A DNA stretch of 64,000 nt from a virus, in IMG/VR virus record IMGVR_UViG_2718218420_000001; one strand, written 5' to 3'. Each line of letters starts with the position of its first letter. Positions within the stretch are counted from its first letter, which is position 1. Positions 17,985-28,530 of the stretch are shown piece after piece. The notes under the pieces were generated by a model. It did no database searches, had not been told where the DNA came from, and saw nothing but the letters and a program-made list of their open reading frames with translations. A program made the translations under genes and the position numbers.

Positions 17985-18669
17985 ATTTTGGAACTGGGTA
18001 CGGAACGAGGGAGAGAAGCGTGTCTTGCTCCTGGACGGTGAGATTTCGGACGAAACGTGGTGGGGAGATGAGGTCACACCTCAGATGTTTCGCGCTGAAC
18101 TGAACGCCGCCGAGGGAGATATTGACCTCTGGATCAACTCACCCGGCGGAGACTGTTATGCGGCGGCGCAAATCTACAATATGCTCATGGAGTATCCCGG
18201 CGAGGTCACGGTCAAGATTGACGGGATTGCCGCTTCTGCCGCATCCGTTGTGGCGATGGCAGGATCAACCGTTGAGATTTCACCCTTGGGGATGTTGATG
18301 ATCCACAACCCGATGACTGTTTCCATCGGAGACACGCACGAGATGGAGCGGACAATCACATTCCTTGCCGAGATCAAGGAGAGCATCATCAACGCCTACG
18401 AGATCAAGACAGGACTTTCCCGTGCGAAGATTTCACGGCTGATGGATGCCGAGACGTGGATGAACGCAAAGAAAGCCGTGGAACTCGGCTTCGCGGATTC
18501 CGTTCTCTATGCGGACGTTCAGCGTCCTATGACGGATACGGCAGACGGGCTGATCTTCTCCCGCGCCGCCGTCACAAACTCCCTGCTCTCGAAATTCGGG
18601 CAGGGAACGCAAAATACTAATGTCGATGCAGAGCCGTTTAAGAAGCGGCTCTTTTCTATTTCACATTAA
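17974..18669 (+). CDS. ClpP-type head maturation protease
   Basis: INSPGGD, GIAASAASV, MIHNP, ETWM. Confidence 0.9.
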   Translation: MKRKFWNWVRNEGEKRVLLLDGEISDETWWGDEVTPQMFRAELNAAEGDIDLWINSPGGDCYAAAQIYNMLMEYPGEVTVKIDGIAASAASVVAMAGSTVEISPLGMLMIHNPMTVSIGDTHEMERTITFLAEIKESIINAYEIKTGLSRAKISRLMDAETWMNAKKAVELGFADSVLYADVQRPMTDTADGLIFSRAAVTNSLLSKFGQGTQNTNVDAEPFKKRLFSISH

Positions 18670-18685
18670 CGGAGGGAAAAAGATC

Positions 18686-19867
18686 ATGGATAAGATCATG
18701 GCAATGCGCGAGAAGCGTGCAGAAATGTGGGAACAGGCAAAGCAGTTTCTGGCTTCTCACGAAAAGGACGGTCGTCTTACGGCAGAGGATGCCAAGGCGT
18801 ATGAGCAGATGGAGAATGAGGTGCTCGCACTCGGCAAGGACATCGAGCGCATGGAGCGTCAGGCGATCCTCGACGCGCAGCTTGCAAAGCCTGTGACAGC
18901 GGCAATTACCAACATGCCGGGGGCAGGTGCAGGATTGCCTCCTGAAAAGACAGGGCGTGCAAGTGAAGGCTATCGCTCGGCAATGCTCAAAGCACTTCGC
19001 ACGAATTTCCGGCAGGTGGAGAATGTTCTGCAGGAAGGCGTGGATGCAAACGGCGGCTATCTCGTTCCCGAGGAATACGATCAGCGTCTGATCGACGTAC
19101 TCAGCGAAGAGAACGTCCTGCGTCCGCTTGCGACGGTGATTACCACGAGCGGGGAGCACAAGATCAACATTGCCGCTACAAAGCCTGCGGCATCGTGGAT
19201 TGAGGAGGGGGCACAGCTCACCTTTGGTGAGGCGACCTTTGACCAGATTGTCCTCGATGCGCACAAACTCCACGTTGCAGTCAAGGTGACGGAGGAACTG
19301 CTCTACGACAATGCCTTCAAGCTCGAAAACTACCTCATCGAGCAGTTCGGCAAGGCACTGGGCAACGCCGAGGAGGATGCGTTTCTCAATGGCGATGGGA
19401 CGCACAAGCCGAAGGGGCTTCTCATTTCGGCAAAGACATCCGTCACTACGACGGCGGCAGACCTCAAGGCGGATGAACTTGTGACGCTCGTCTACAGCCT
19501 CAAGCGTCCCTACCGCAAGAATGCGGCATTCATCGTCAATGACCAGACGCTTGCAAGCATCCGCAAACTCAAGGATGCGAACGGAGCGTATTTCTGGCAG
19601 CCGTCGTACCAGATGGGCGAACCCGACCGTCTGCTCGGCTACCCAGTGTACTCCTCGGCATATATGCCGGCTATTGCAGCAGGCAAGACCGTCATCGCAT
19701 TCGGTGACTACTCCTACTACAACATCGGGGATCGCGGCACCCGCTCCCTGCAGGAACTCAAGGAGCTGTTTGCAGGCAACGGTATGGTCGGATATGTCAT
19801 GAAGGAGCGCGTGGACGGGAAGCTCGTGCTCGAAGAGGCTGTGCAGACGCTCAAGATGAAGGGCTGA
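18686..19867 (+). CDS. HK97-fold major capsid protein
   Basis: Coiled-coil delta domain; GGYLVPEE; FLNGDG..KPKG; LLGYPV; ERVDG. Confidence 0.95.
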   Translation: MDKIMAMREKRAEMWEQAKQFLASHEKDGRLTAEDAKAYEQMENEVLALGKDIERMERQAILDAQLAKPVTAAITNMPGAGAGLPPEKTGRASEGYRSAMLKALRTNFRQVENVLQEGVDANGGYLVPEEYDQRLIDVLSEENVLRPLATVITTSGEHKINIAATKPAASWIEEGAQLTFGEATFDQIVLDAHKLHVAVKVTEELLYDNAFKLENYLIEQFGKALGNAEEDAFLNGDGTHKPKGLLISAKTSVTTTAADLKADELVTLVYSLKRPYRKNAAFIVNDQTLASIRKLKDANGAYFWQPSYQMGEPDRLLGYPVYSSAYMPAIAAGKTVIAFGDYSYYNIGDRGTRSLQELKELFAGNGMVGYVMKERVDGKLVLEEAVQTLKMKG

Positions 19868-19941
19868 TGTATGGAATCGCTGATAAATTCAGCACCAAAT
19901 TGATGGATTTTCGTTTTTGCGGCAAAGAGGGAGGTGGTTCT

Positions 19942-20217
19942 ATGCTTGTGCCGCTTGCAGCAGTCAAGCAGTATCTGCGGATTGACGGGGATGAGGAGGA
20001 CGATCTCCTCACACATTTTACGGAAACGGCAGAGCAGATTTGTACTGCATTACTGCGCGTGAAGAAGCTGTCCAAGGTTGAAGATCAGGCAATTGTGCGT
20101 GTCGCGGTGCTCTATGCCGTGTCCTATCTCTATGAACATCGGGAGGAAGCGGATCACAGAGGGCTTGCCTTGACACTGCGGTCGCTCCTCTTTGGTGTGC
20201 GGAAGGAGGTCTTTTAG
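19942..20217 (+). CDS. Head-tail connector (gp6-like)
   Basis: VKQYLRIDGDEEDDLL...LYEHRE. Confidence 0.85.
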   Translation: MLVPLAAVKQYLRIDGDEEDDLLTHFTETAEQICTALLRVKKLSKVEDQAIVRVAVLYAVSYLYEHREEADHRGLALTLRSLLFGVRKEVF

Positions 20218-20556
20218 ATGCAGGTGTCTATGAGCGAACTGCGTCACCGAATTTCCATCCTGCGCCCCGTGATGGATACGGACGATGAGGGGAATATCCT
20301 TTCATCGTCGGTGCAGGAAGTCGGTAAAGCCTGGGCACTCGTTCTGCCCTTTGCCGCGAAAATCTCCGACGGTTATGCGGAGAAGGTGCAGGAGGTGGAT
20401 TATCGCATCGTTGTTCGTTACCGTGCGGATGTACGTGTGACGGATATTGTGGAGTGGAGTGGGAAGCGGCTCATACCTATTGCGCCACCGTATCCGCTCG
20501 GCGGGAAGAAACAGTGGCTTGTCATAGAATGCAGGGAGTTGGTGGAAGATGGCTAG
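20218..20556 (+). CDS. Head closure / head-tail adaptor
   Basis: LRHRISI...DDEGN...IVVRYR. Confidence 0.8.
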   Translation: MQVSMSELRHRISILRPVMDTDDEGNILSSSVQEVGKAWALVLPFAAKISDGYAEKVQEVDYRIVVRYRADVRVTDIVEWSGKRLIPIAPPYPLGGKKQWLVIECRELVEDG

Positions 20557-20947
20557 ATATAGAGGATTCGTCTCTGCCGAGAAGATATTGTCCGAGCTTG
20601 GCGCGGAGGCGACGGCTGCAGCAAAGGCAGCACTCGCACATGGCGCGGATGATGTGGTCGCGGAGGCAAAGAACCGCTGTCCCGTCTATACGGGAACAGA
20701 TAAGCGTGTGGTCAAAGGCGCACTGCGAGATTCCATCCACAAGCGACTGCGCAGAAAAGACGGCTCTGTTTGGAGGATTGCAGCGGATGCAGAATCCAGT
20801 GACGGCGTATTCTATGGCGTGCTTGTCGAGTTCAGCCCGAGGATTAACAAACCGTTCCTCTATCCGGCACTCGATGCCAAGAAGGACGGTATCCGCTCTG
20901 CCATCGTCGATGCCGTGCAGTCTGCCATTCGGAGGCGAGGGAAATGA
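20549..20947 (+). CDS. HK97 gp10-family tail connector
   Basis: EAKNRCPV...GALRDSI...VEF...KPFLYPA. Confidence 0.8.
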   Translation: MARYRGFVSAEKILSELGAEATAAAKAALAHGADDVVAEAKNRCPVYTGTDKRVVKGALRDSIHKRLRRKDGSVWRIAADAESSDGVFYGVLVEFSPRINKPFLYPALDAKKDGIRSAIVDAVQSAIRRRGK

Positions 20948-21306
20948 GTGTCGCAAGGATGGTGTATCAGGCTCTTGTGCGCTCCAAGGCACTGTCTCAG
21001 CTTCTCGCACACGGGAAGAAGAGCATCTACCACGGGTGCAGTCCCGACGCAGGGACGTATCCGATTCTCGTCTATTCGGTGATCTCGGATGTTCCCGCCC
21101 TTTCGGTAGATGGCACGGAGATGGAACGACGAATCACGGTGCGTATCCACATCCTGACGAAGGACGGACGGTTTCGGGAGATTCACAGAGCCGTGCAGAA
21201 CGCGCTTCTGCCTCTCGGGTTTGTCCGTGTGCAGACGCAGGAACTGACAGAGAAAGATATATTCGTGGAAATCACAGACTATAAAACAGCAATGGAGGGA
21301 GAATAA
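20944..21306 (+). CDS. Putative tail terminator
   Basis: Position between gp10 and the major tail gene; YPILVY motif. Confidence 0.6.
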   Translation: MSVARMVYQALVRSKALSQLLAHGKKSIYHGCSPDAGTYPILVYSVISDVPALSVDGTEMERRITVRIHILTKDGRFREIHRAVQNALLPLGFVRVQTQELTEKDIFVEITDYKTAMEGE

Positions 21307-21307
21307 T

Positions 21308-21907
21308 ATGCCAAGTCCAACACCAACAGCAAAGCCTGCAGGGAATCTGACAAGCGGGCAGTTCATCAACATCCAGAAACTTCACATCGCCAAGATGCTC
21401 ACCGACGAGTCGGGCGGCACAGCGACCTACGAGAAGCCGATTCCCCTCGGAAAACTTCTGCGCAAGGTAGACATCAAGCCGCAGACGAATCAGGCGGAAC
21501 TATTCGCCGACGGTCAGTCCGTGGATACGGCATCCAATACCGCATCCTACGATCTGACCTTTGACACTGCCGCGCTTCCTTTGGAATACACGGCTTATCT
21601 TTTGGGACACAGTATCGAGAACGGTGTGATGAAGGCGGGCAAGGACGATGTTGCGCCATACTTCGCCGTCCTATTCCAGTCGGACAAGCGCAACGGCAAG
21701 AAGAGGTTCACCAAGTTCTACAAAGTCCAATTCACAGAACCCTCGGAATCCGGCAACTCGAAGCAGGAGAGCATCCAGTTCGACACGCCGACACTGACGG
21801 CAAAGGCAATCTATCGTCTCTCGGACGGGCTGTCCTACGCCAAGGCGGATGAGGAGGCGGCGGGATTTGCCGCAGAGACAGGAACGAAGTGGTACGAGCA
21901 GGTCTGA
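21308..21907 (+). CDS. Major tail protein (phi13 family)
   Basis: YEKPIP...LFADG...APYFAVLF...FYKVQF. Confidence 0.85.
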   Translation: MPSPTPTAKPAGNLTSGQFINIQKLHIAKMLTDESGGTATYEKPIPLGKLLRKVDIKPQTNQAELFADGQSVDTASNTASYDLTFDTAALPLEYTAYLLGHSIENGVMKAGKDDVAPYFAVLFQSDKRNGKKRFTKFYKVQFTEPSESGNSKQESIQFDTPTLTAKAIYRLSDGLSYAKADEEAAGFAAETGTKWYEQV

Positions 21908-21915
21908 GGGAGGAC

Positions 21916-22233
21916 ATGATGGAAACACCGATACTGCATATTGCGGGCAGGGAGATCATGCCGAAACCTCCGAAGATGAAGGTGTGGCGCGAGTTCCTTG
22001 CCTTTTTTGATGCCGACAAGGAAGGTCTGAGCCTTGAAGATTTTCTGGACGAGCACGTCCGTCTGATCGTTCTCGGATTCGGACGTGATGATGTCACAAA
22101 AGAGGTCATCGACGAAAATGTGGATATCGCAGACATTGTACCGCTTACCCGTGCACTCTTTCGATGGATTCAGTCGTTGACGTTTTCCAAACTGGTGAAC
22201 CTCCCAAACGGAGAGACGGGGAAAGAGGCGTAG
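21916..22233 (+). CDS. Tail assembly chaperone (gpG-like)
   Basis: Between major tail and tape measure genes; ends with a slippery heptamer. Confidence 0.75.
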   Translation: MMETPILHIAGREIMPKPPKMKVWREFLAFFDADKEGLSLEDFLDEHVRLIVLGFGRDDVTKEVIDENVDIADIVPLTRALFRWIQSLTFSKLVNLPNGETGKEA

Positions 22234-22406
22234 TTCTTTCTCCGTACCAGAATCTACTGCGCTATTATGAGCGGCTGCAGTCCGCCTATGGGTGGACGAT
22301 GCAGGAAATTGACGCACACGAGGTTGGCTTCCTGCTCGATCAGCTTGTTGTGACCGCTCTTTGTGAGCAACAGCAATCCGAGCGATTTATTGACGACGTG
22401 ATGTAG
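22203..22406 (+). CDS. -1 frameshift extension (gpGT-like) starting at slippery C CCA AAC (22203-22209)
   Basis: In-frame X XXY YYZ heptamer; the -1 frame is open to 22406 and contains YGWTMQEID. Confidence 0.75.
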   Translation, partial: PKRRDGERGVVLSPYQNLLRYYERLQSAYGWTMQEIDAHEVGFLLDQLVVTALCEQQQSERFIDDVM

Positions 22407-22419
22407 GGAGGGAGATGGA

Positions 22420-24960
22420 GTGGCAAAGCGCGGACAGAAGATTGATGAACTCTATCTCGACATCGGTCTCAACATTGCACAGCTGCAGCTGGACTTTGAC
22501 ACGGCGGGCAAGACCGTCTCGGATTCCATCGCACGGCTCAACAGCAAGGCAAACAACATCCATCTGAAACTCGATGCCGACCTCGCCAAACTCGACGGTG
22601 TGGGTACGGAACTCGACAAGATCAAGGTTCGTCATCAGGCGATCAACCGTGAGTTGGACATTCAGCGGCAAAAGGAACAGATTCTTGCCGCTGTTTTGCA
22701 GTCTGTCAAGAAGAATGACGGCGTGGACAGCGCATCCTATCGGCGTGCCGAAAGCAATCTCCTGCGTCAGCAGAGAACCGTCGCGCAGACCGAAGCCGAG
22801 GTGCGGAAACTGAATAACCGCCTCAAGGAGAGCGCAGTGCTTTCCGGCACGCTCGGTGGGCGTATCTCAGCGGGAATGACGGCGGCGCAAGCGGGTGTTA
22901 AAAACCTTACGAGCGGATTCAACGTCCTCTCGGCAAAGATGGCTGCCGTTATGGTTGTGGCTGCGACAGGTGCGGGATTGTTCAATATCACCAAAGACGC
23001 GATGCTTGCGGGCGAGAACGTCTACAAACTCACACAGCGGCTTCACGTCTCGGCAGGTGAGGCGGCGACACTCAATCGGGTGTTTCAGCTTGCGGATACG
23101 GACATTAAGAGTGTCATACCTCTGATTGCACGTCTGGACAAGCAGGTATCTGCTGCGGGGGAGAGCGGGAATGACACCTCTCGCGCCCTCTCTCGTTTCG
23201 GGATTGCCCTCAAAGACCAGCAGGGAAATCTCCTGCCGCTCAACGAGCAGCTGGCACAGCTCGCCAAAGGGTACAAGACAGCAAGCGAAGCGGGGATGGA
23301 GGAAGCATATACCGCCGAAGTCCTCGGAGCACGCGGGGCTGCGCTCATCCCCATTCTCGAACAGTATGACGATCTGATGACCATATCTTCTCGCGTCAAG
23401 ACCACGGGACTGCTTGACCCGGAACAGGCGCATGAGACCTATCTCAAGTGGCGTGCGATGGAGATGGAAGCGGGGCAGTTGAAACTTGCCCTTGGCGCGG
23501 CACTGCTTCCTGCCGCCGAAGAACTCATGCCGGAGATCAATGACGGTTTCCAGACGTTCATCGAGACAATTCGCGACAACAAGGACGAGATCAAGGATGC
23601 CGTCCTTGGTTGGGGTGAAGCACTCAAGACCGTTGCAGAACTTGCGGGCTTTGTTGGTGAGCAGATTCATAAGGTCAATGAGCACGCTGAGGCGAACAGC
23701 TGGCTTGTGAAAAATCACCCCGTGGCATCTCCGCTGATTGCTGTTCCGTTCCTCGGCGGTACGGTTCTTGACGCTATTTACGGCGATGAGTACAAGCAAT
23801 ATCTGGAACAGCAGAAGATTGCCAAAGAGAAAGCTGTGGCAGAGGAGAGCGCCCGTGTCGAGGCGGAGAAGAACGCCAAGGCGCAGGAGCAGAATGCAAA
23901 GGCGGCGAAAATCCGTGCGGCAGCCGAGAAAGATGCCGCAAAGATGGTCAGTGAATCTGCAAAGGCGACCGCACAATTGACGGACAACCTGTATGCACTG
24001 ACACACACGGACATCCAGAACACTCTACACGCTCTGGATCGTGAATCCTTTGAGTTCTTCCGGAAGGGCGCCGATCCGCATCTGATCGACGAATACCGCT
24101 TGGCAAAGGAAGCGAAGATTTATTCCGACTTTCAGCGGGATGTTGTGGACAAGGCGAATGCTCTCTACAAGACGGATCTCCAAAACAAGCTGGATTCCAT
24201 CGCCCGCGAAGCCGATGCCTTTCGTCAGAAGGGACTAGATGAAGTCCAAACGCAGACGTGGCTCAGTGAGAGCAAGGCGCGTGTCATGGAGCAGTGGGAG
24301 CGGGATGTTGCCACCAATATTGACTCCATCTGGAAAACAGAACTCGAGAACCGTCTTGCCGAGATTGAGCGTGAGAAGGATGCGTGGGTACAGAAGGGGC
24401 TGGATGAGGTCGAAGCGACGCGGTGGGCAGAGAAGGAAAAACTCGATGCCAAACGTAACGCCGCCTTGGAAGTTCTCCGCTCCCAGAAAGAGGAACTGCA
24501 GGTGTTCAAGAAGTCCGGGCAGGTCGGATTGATGCAGTACCTTCGCAAAAAGAACAAGTTTACGGCAGAGGACTTGGGGCTGACACCGGAGCTTCTCCAA
24601 CAGTTTCAGTCCGGGCGTAAATGGGCGATGGAGAATCTCCTGCCGAATTTTGCCCCCGAGAAGCGTGAGGACAATTCACGCATTCGTGTCAATGGACAGG
24701 AGTTCTCCTATGCGGGAATGATGTCGGAACTCGGGCGGCAGGTGCAAGGCGTTTCTTCCGCATCCGACGCGCGGAACAGCGGTCAGACTGCTCCATCCAT
24801 GACAGACAACCGTCAGATTCACATACAGGTGCAAATCGAGAACGCCGTCACGGAGGATAACGAGGGAATGCGTATGCTCGCCGATCATGTCGCCGACCGC
24901 ATCCGTCCTGCCGTTGAAAATGCCCTAGGGGGTGATTCCAATTCATATTCACATTGGTGA
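22420..24960 (+). CDS. Tape measure-like protein (846 aa)
   Basis: Ala-rich coiled coil directly after the chaperones; GTG start with SD GGGAG. Confidence 0.75.
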   Translation: MAKRGQKIDELYLDIGLNIAQLQLDFDTAGKTVSDSIARLNSKANNIHLKLDADLAKLDGVGTELDKIKVRHQAINRELDIQRQKEQILAAVLQSVKKNDGVDSASYRRAESNLLRQQRTVAQTEAEVRKLNNRLKESAVLSGTLGGRISAGMTAAQAGVKNLTSGFNVLSAKMAAVMVVAATGAGLFNITKDAMLAGENVYKLTQRLHVSAGEAATLNRVFQLADTDIKSVIPLIARLDKQVSAAGESGNDTSRALSRFGIALKDQQGNLLPLNEQLAQLAKGYKTASEAGMEEAYTAEVLGARGAALIPILEQYDDLMTISSRVKTTGLLDPEQAHETYLKWRAMEMEAGQLKLALGAALLPAAEELMPEINDGFQTFIETIRDNKDEIKDAVLGWGEALKTVAELAGFVGEQIHKVNEHAEANSWLVKNHPVASPLIAVPFLGGTVLDAIYGDEYKQYLEQQKIAKEKAVAEESARVEAEKNAKAQEQNAKAAKIRAAAEKDAAKMVSESAKATAQLTDNLYALTHTDIQNTLHALDRESFEFFRKGADPHLIDEYRLAKEAKIYSDFQRDVVDKANALYKTDLQNKLDSIAREADAFRQKGLDEVQTQTWLSESKARVMEQWERDVATNIDSIWKTELENRLAEIEREKDAWVQKGLDEVEATRWAEKEKLDAKRNAALEVLRSQKEELQVFKKSGQVGLMQYLRKKNKFTAEDLGLTPELLQQFQSGRKWAMENLLPNFAPEKREDNSRIRVNGQEFSYAGMMSELGRQVQGVSSASDARNSGQTAPSMTDNRQIHIQVQIENAVTEDNEGMRMLADHVADRIRPAVENALGGDSNSYSHW

Positions 24961-25273
24961 GGTACGGACATTATCCGTTGAAAACTGGCAGACCATTCCC
25001 GACGACCGTCAACAGCTTTTGGAAATTGTCGGCGGAGCGGTCGTGCAGGATTTCGGGCATATTGCAGAGGGCGATCGTATTTCCTGTTCGGTCACGGTCA
25101 CTTCTGCCGCATGGGAAAAGATCAAGGGCTACTGGGACAGCCGTGCAATGGTGAGCGTCACGGATGAGGGCGGGAACATCCTGCCGTCCATGCGTGTGGT
25201 GGTGAAGTCTTACGAGTATATGGCTCATTTCCCGAAGGTATATAAACTGTCTCTTGAATTTTGGAGGGTATGA
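24932..25273 (+). CDS. Putative distal tail protein
   Basis: Position after the tape measure gene; overlapping coupling. Confidence 0.5.
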   Translation: MIPIHIHIGEVRTLSVENWQTIPDDRQQLLEIVGGAVVQDFGHIAEGDRISCSVTVTSAAWEKIKGYWDSRAMVSVTDEGGNILPSMRVVVKSYEYMAHFPKVYKLSLEFWRV

Positions 25274-25275
25274 CA

Positions 25276-25689
25276 ATGGCAGAACTGCTGCATATCTATA
25301 TGAACAATCCGACCGAGGGCGGCAAGGACGGGACGGAGGTCAGCTCCGGCACGGAACTTGCGCCCATCTTCGTCCTGCTCGATGCGGGCAAGGGCGAGCA
25401 GAAAGTCGTCAAGTGCGCCGTACGCTGCGAGAGTGGATTCCATATTGACGGAACACTTACAATCAAATTCGTCGGCGGTCATGCGGATAAGTGGAAGGTC
25501 GCGATGGATAACAAATACACTGCTCAGACGGCGTTGGATTCTGCCGAATGGAAAGACAGTATCTCATTATCCAATGTTGCAGACAGGAATACGATTTTCT
25601 GGGTAAAGGCAATCAGCACAGCGGACGAGAAACCGCAGCAGGATGTGAGTGTGGACATTCAAGCAGAGGGCCTTTTGGTGTCGGACTGA
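25276..25689 (+). CDS. Tail-associated hypothetical protein
   Basis: YMNNPTEGGKDGTEVS; SD GGAGGG. Confidence 0.6.
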   Translation: MAELLHIYMNNPTEGGKDGTEVSSGTELAPIFVLLDAGKGEQKVVKCAVRCESGFHIDGTLTIKFVGGHADKWKVAMDNKYTAQTALDSAEWKDSISLSNVADRNTIFWVKAISTADEKPQQDVSVDIQAEGLLVSD

Positions 25690-25699
25690 GGAGGTTCGT

Positions 25700-26617
25700 A
25701 TGGCGTTCAGATACATTAATCCAGGCTATGCAGAGCTGCTCTCGACCAGTGGCGGTACAACGGTGACGGGTAAGCAGTACAGCAAGACGGGTGTATCCTT
25801 CTGGCAGCCGGAGGATCATAAGGGCCTCACATTTTCTGAAGTACCCACCGAGTTTTATGCAAAACTAGATATGTACCTCAAGAATCCACAGAACGCATCG
25901 GATGTTCGCCTTGAGATTGGTATTGGATTCGGCAACTGGGTCAGAGTGTACCCGCACCGAGGGAAATGGGACATTGAGGGACACGATGCCAGTACCGTAT
26001 TTGATATTTACGAAACAGCCGATTTTGTGCGCTCAGATGCAGTCAATACGCTGTGGTTTCACATTAAACAGGGAAGAAACAATGACGGCATCTTTCATGT
26101 GATCGTCAATGAGCGAGAAATTTGCAACAAACGGGACAGAAATTTTTGGTATGCCAATGATACATATGCGAATACCATCACAGTTCTCAGTAAGAATGAT
26201 GACATCCTTATCTCGAATCTCATCTTCTCAGATGAGGAAATCAATCCGAAAGAGCAGGTCGTTATGCTGCCAGTCAAAGAGACGCAGACAAATATGACCG
26301 ACTGCGGGGACGGGAGTTATGAGGCGACGGCTGCGAATCAGGAGCTTTTGCAAACGGTCGATATTGCCGCCCTGTCCACGCAGTATGGCGCAGATTCGCG
26401 TGTGACGGGGATTTCACTCATTGGGAATCCTGCCTACCGCACGGCAGAAGGGTTGTGCGCTCTGACGGCGATTGAAAAGAGCGGGGGCACTGTCACCGAA
26501 TACAGGAGACACGTTGTCGAACAGAATCCGAATTCCACCGTTATGGACACGCGCACTGTCTCCATGACGATTGCGGAAGTCGCAGGGCGGCAGTTTGGAT
26601 GGAGAGCGGGAACATGA
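25700..26617 (+). CDS. Tail-associated protein, possible receptor-binding protein
   Basis: SD GAGGAGG; beta-rich central part with lower GC. Confidence 0.55.
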   Translation: MAFRYINPGYAELLSTSGGTTVTGKQYSKTGVSFWQPEDHKGLTFSEVPTEFYAKLDMYLKNPQNASDVRLEIGIGFGNWVRVYPHRGKWDIEGHDASTVFDIYETADFVRSDAVNTLWFHIKQGRNNDGIFHVIVNEREICNKRDRNFWYANDTYANTITVLSKNDDILISNLIFSDEEINPKEQVVMLPVKETQTNMTDCGDGSYEATAANQELLQTVDIAALSTQYGADSRVTGISLIGNPAYRTAEGLCALTAIEKSGGTVTEYRRHVVEQNPNSTVMDTRTVSMTIAEVAGRQFGWRAGT

Positions 26618-28305
26618 GCATCAAGCTGAAACCTGCCGTCTGCATTTCGTGGCTGCCGATGGGGCGTATTCACCTCAAACCGATTATATACGCCACAGTG
26701 ATTCCCGTATTCCGTCAGCCCGTGCAGGTCAGCGGAGATACGTCGCGCCGTCTCAACACATCCATCGCCATGCGTGCAGATACCCTGCGCGATATTCGGA
26801 TTGTCAAGAAAATCACAGTAACGAGTGACACACAGCGGCGCATCGGTCATTGCGAAGCAGCGTTGGCAGATACGAAGCGGGCGCTCATTAAGCAGTCACG
26901 TATTGTTGCAGATACGAGGATAGAGATTCCTCATACACTGACCTATGCAGAGTTTAGAGAGCGCGGCATTCGCTCATTCTCCGTGACGCTCGGCGAACTC
27001 AGTCTCTCGGATAACATTCAACTCGAAACGGTGAATCCTCTCTCCATTGGCGCGACTGTAGAGGGGCGGGTGATGGACTATGCCTTTCGCTTTCTCGTGG
27101 AGGAAACGAGTCAGCGCGGAATCGTGCAGTCTGTCAAGGGAACGTACAGTAAAGACACACTCCTCTACACGCCCATCCATATCTACGTCGAGCGGGCGAA
27201 GGTCTCGCGCTATGCGGCGGAAATTGCATCGGCACTCGGGCTTCGGCTTCATCGTCTGACCGATGATTTCACACCGTCGCAGAACTTCGAGGGGAGTGGA
27301 ATGACGTATCATGACTTTATCTCCGCACTCTTCGGATGGACGGCAAAACTGCCGCAGCGTCAGATCAATGTGTTCATACGGGGCGACACACTCCATATCA
27401 TTCAGCGCGGTATGGAGGAATCCGTGGTCGATATTACGAACTGGCCGCACGCACAGCCGACCGTAGAGCGAAAACTCCTGCGCTCCGTCTGGCACAGCGC
27501 GAACAACAATCATGAAAGTGGAGCGCACAATGAGGAGGATGCCACGCCTGTTCCCTTCACAGGTACGATTTCATTCAAAGAAATCAGCAGAACGTATTCC
27601 AACGGCTTCCTCGTGCGCGAGACGAATGAGAACGGATACAGCACATACTCCTATGATGGCGAATATCTTGCCGAGAAACGCACGCACAACACGGACGGCT
27701 CGACAAGCCGCACAGATTACGCCTACGCCACTACGGGGCGCGATGTCTATCTCTTCAAGGAGTGGGAACGTACCACCGAGGCGGTCAATGATGGGAAGAA
27801 GCACAATGAATATGACTGGGAGGACTGGAACAGAGAAAAGGGAACGGAACGCATCACCTACCACGCGCCGCTCGGCTACGGATGGTATGCGACTACCGTC
27901 TATGTGGACGGCGTATTGGAGGGCAGCAGCTTGTCGCAGGGCAAGCCCGGCGGCAAGGCAAGTCAGTTCACCGTCGAACAGTCGAATCTCAGCCTTGGTG
28001 CTCATTATGCCAGTGATGATACGCTGCCGTATTCCTCGCTCATCGACACCGAGTTTCCCGTTGTGGGCGCAGAATATTTACGGATGCTGACGAGCGAGAT
28101 CGAATGGCTCAATCGCAAAACACAGGAGACGGTTACGGTGGAGATTCACGCACGGATTCGTAGCGGCGTTCCGGATATTGACCACATCGTTGATTTCACC
28201 GAGCGCATCCGCTTCGAAGGACACGAGTATTTTTTGCAGTCCAATACGGTGGAGCTTACGCCGCGCCTTCTGCGGCAGACCATCAAGATGGTGAGGTGGT
28301 TTTGA
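26614..28305 (+). CDS. Tail/baseplate hub-like protein
   Basis: N-terminal (S/A)DT.R repeats; lies in the tail module. Confidence 0.55.
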   Translation: MSIKLKPAVCISWLPMGRIHLKPIIYATVIPVFRQPVQVSGDTSRRLNTSIAMRADTLRDIRIVKKITVTSDTQRRIGHCEAALADTKRALIKQSRIVADTRIEIPHTLTYAEFRERGIRSFSVTLGELSLSDNIQLETVNPLSIGATVEGRVMDYAFRFLVEETSQRGIVQSVKGTYSKDTLLYTPIHIYVERAKVSRYAAEIASALGLRLHRLTDDFTPSQNFEGSGMTYHDFISALFGWTAKLPQRQINVFIRGDTLHIIQRGMEESVVDITNWPHAQPTVERKLLRSVWHSANNNHESGAHNEEDATPVPFTGTISFKEISRTYSNGFLVRETNENGYSTYSYDGEYLAEKRTHNTDGSTSRTDYAYATTGRDVYLFKEWERTTEAVNDGKKHNEYDWEDWNREKGTERITYHAPLGYGWYATTVYVDGVLEGSSLSQGKPGGKASQFTVEQSNLSLGAHYASDDTLPYSSLIDTEFPVVGAEYLRMLTSEIEWLNRKTQETVTVEIHARIRSGVPDIDHIVDFTERIRFEGHEYFLQSNTVELTPRLLRQTIKMVRWF

Positions 28306-28526
28306 TGCACGGCGTTATGGGGCTTGCGTCAGCAATACGGACGGGGATAAAGAACGCACAAGTGGGTGAATCACAGGCGCGGCGCGGCAGGATTCAGAAT
28401 GGACGTGTTCATATCGGCGAGCGGTCGTATCCTTTCCGTGCGGCAGTAGACTGCAACACCAGTGACGGATGTCTTGTGTGGGTACAGATTTCTAGGGGCG
28501 GTACCGCCGTTATCGTGGGAGCGTGA
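28296..28526 (+). CDS. Hypothetical tail-region protein
   Basis: Coupled ORF in the tail operon. Confidence 0.5.
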   Translation: MVLMHGVMGLASAIRTGIKNAQVGESQARRGRIQNGRVHIGERSYPFRAAVDCNTSDGCLVWVQISRGGTAVIVGA

Positions 28527-28530
28527 GACG

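Noticed and set aside
22218..22225. Lambda-type GGGAAAG slippery site
   Set aside because: It is read GGG AAA G in frame 0, the wrong phase for X XXY YYZ; C CCA AAC upstream is correctly phased.
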